DNA from: an uncultured Gemmatimonadales bacterium
GTDB lineage: Bacteria; Gemmatimonadota; Gemmatimonadetes; Longimicrobiales; Gaopeijiaceae
DNA length: 64,000 nucleotides
NCBI GenBank assembly: GCA_963823035.1
Contig: CAWGKG010000014.1
Location: forward strand, 256,001 to 320,000
Direction of reading: 5' to 3'
Shown: positions 63,944 through 64,000 of the stretch, one piece after another
How the letters are laid out: each line of letters starts with the position of its first letter
How positions within the stretch are numbered: the stretch's first letter is position 1
The notes under the pieces: generated by a model
What the model was told of the DNA's origin: nothing
Databases searched by the model: none
Seen by the model: the letters and a program-made list of their open reading frames with translations, nothing else
Program-made: the position numbers and the translations under genes

Positions 63944-64000
63944 GGGCCTTCCGGCCCCCTCCCCGTTCCGGGTGGCGCGGTAGCGCCCGACTGCCCTACT

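Overview
Very GC-rich bacterial chromosomal segment. The gene repertoire (PadR + ADOP-type orphan permeases, CarboxypepD_reg/plug proteins, BlaI-M56/plug pair, VPS10-type glycosidase, many exported peptidases) suggests Gemmatimonadota or a similar lineage; this is inference. About 53 protein genes are recognisable, with no rRNA, tRNA, CRISPR array, prophage or IS seen. Roughly 20 otherwise ordinary genes are split by single-base frameshifts, most likely long-read consensus errors, so gene limits are reconstructed by hand and approximate. Highlights: (1) at 63130-63475, a complete sigma-54 promoter architecture (-24/-12 box, paired IHF-like sites, three palindromic upstream sites) pointing into a ~200-nt highly structured, terminator-ended non-coding segment just upstream of an orphan NtrC-family response regulator, i.e. 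a candidate new sigma-54 sRNA; (2) an in-frame dephospho-CoA kinase-PHP phosphoesterase fusion next to an NrnA-type DHH phosphatase; (3) a class II ribonucleotide reductase with a LAGLIDADG intein at the catalytic cysteine, under a promoter carrying NrdR-like and DnaA-like boxes; (4) a Tat-exported PLP enzyme co-located with a signal-peptide-bearing RidA; (5) two related long intergenic foldback elements.
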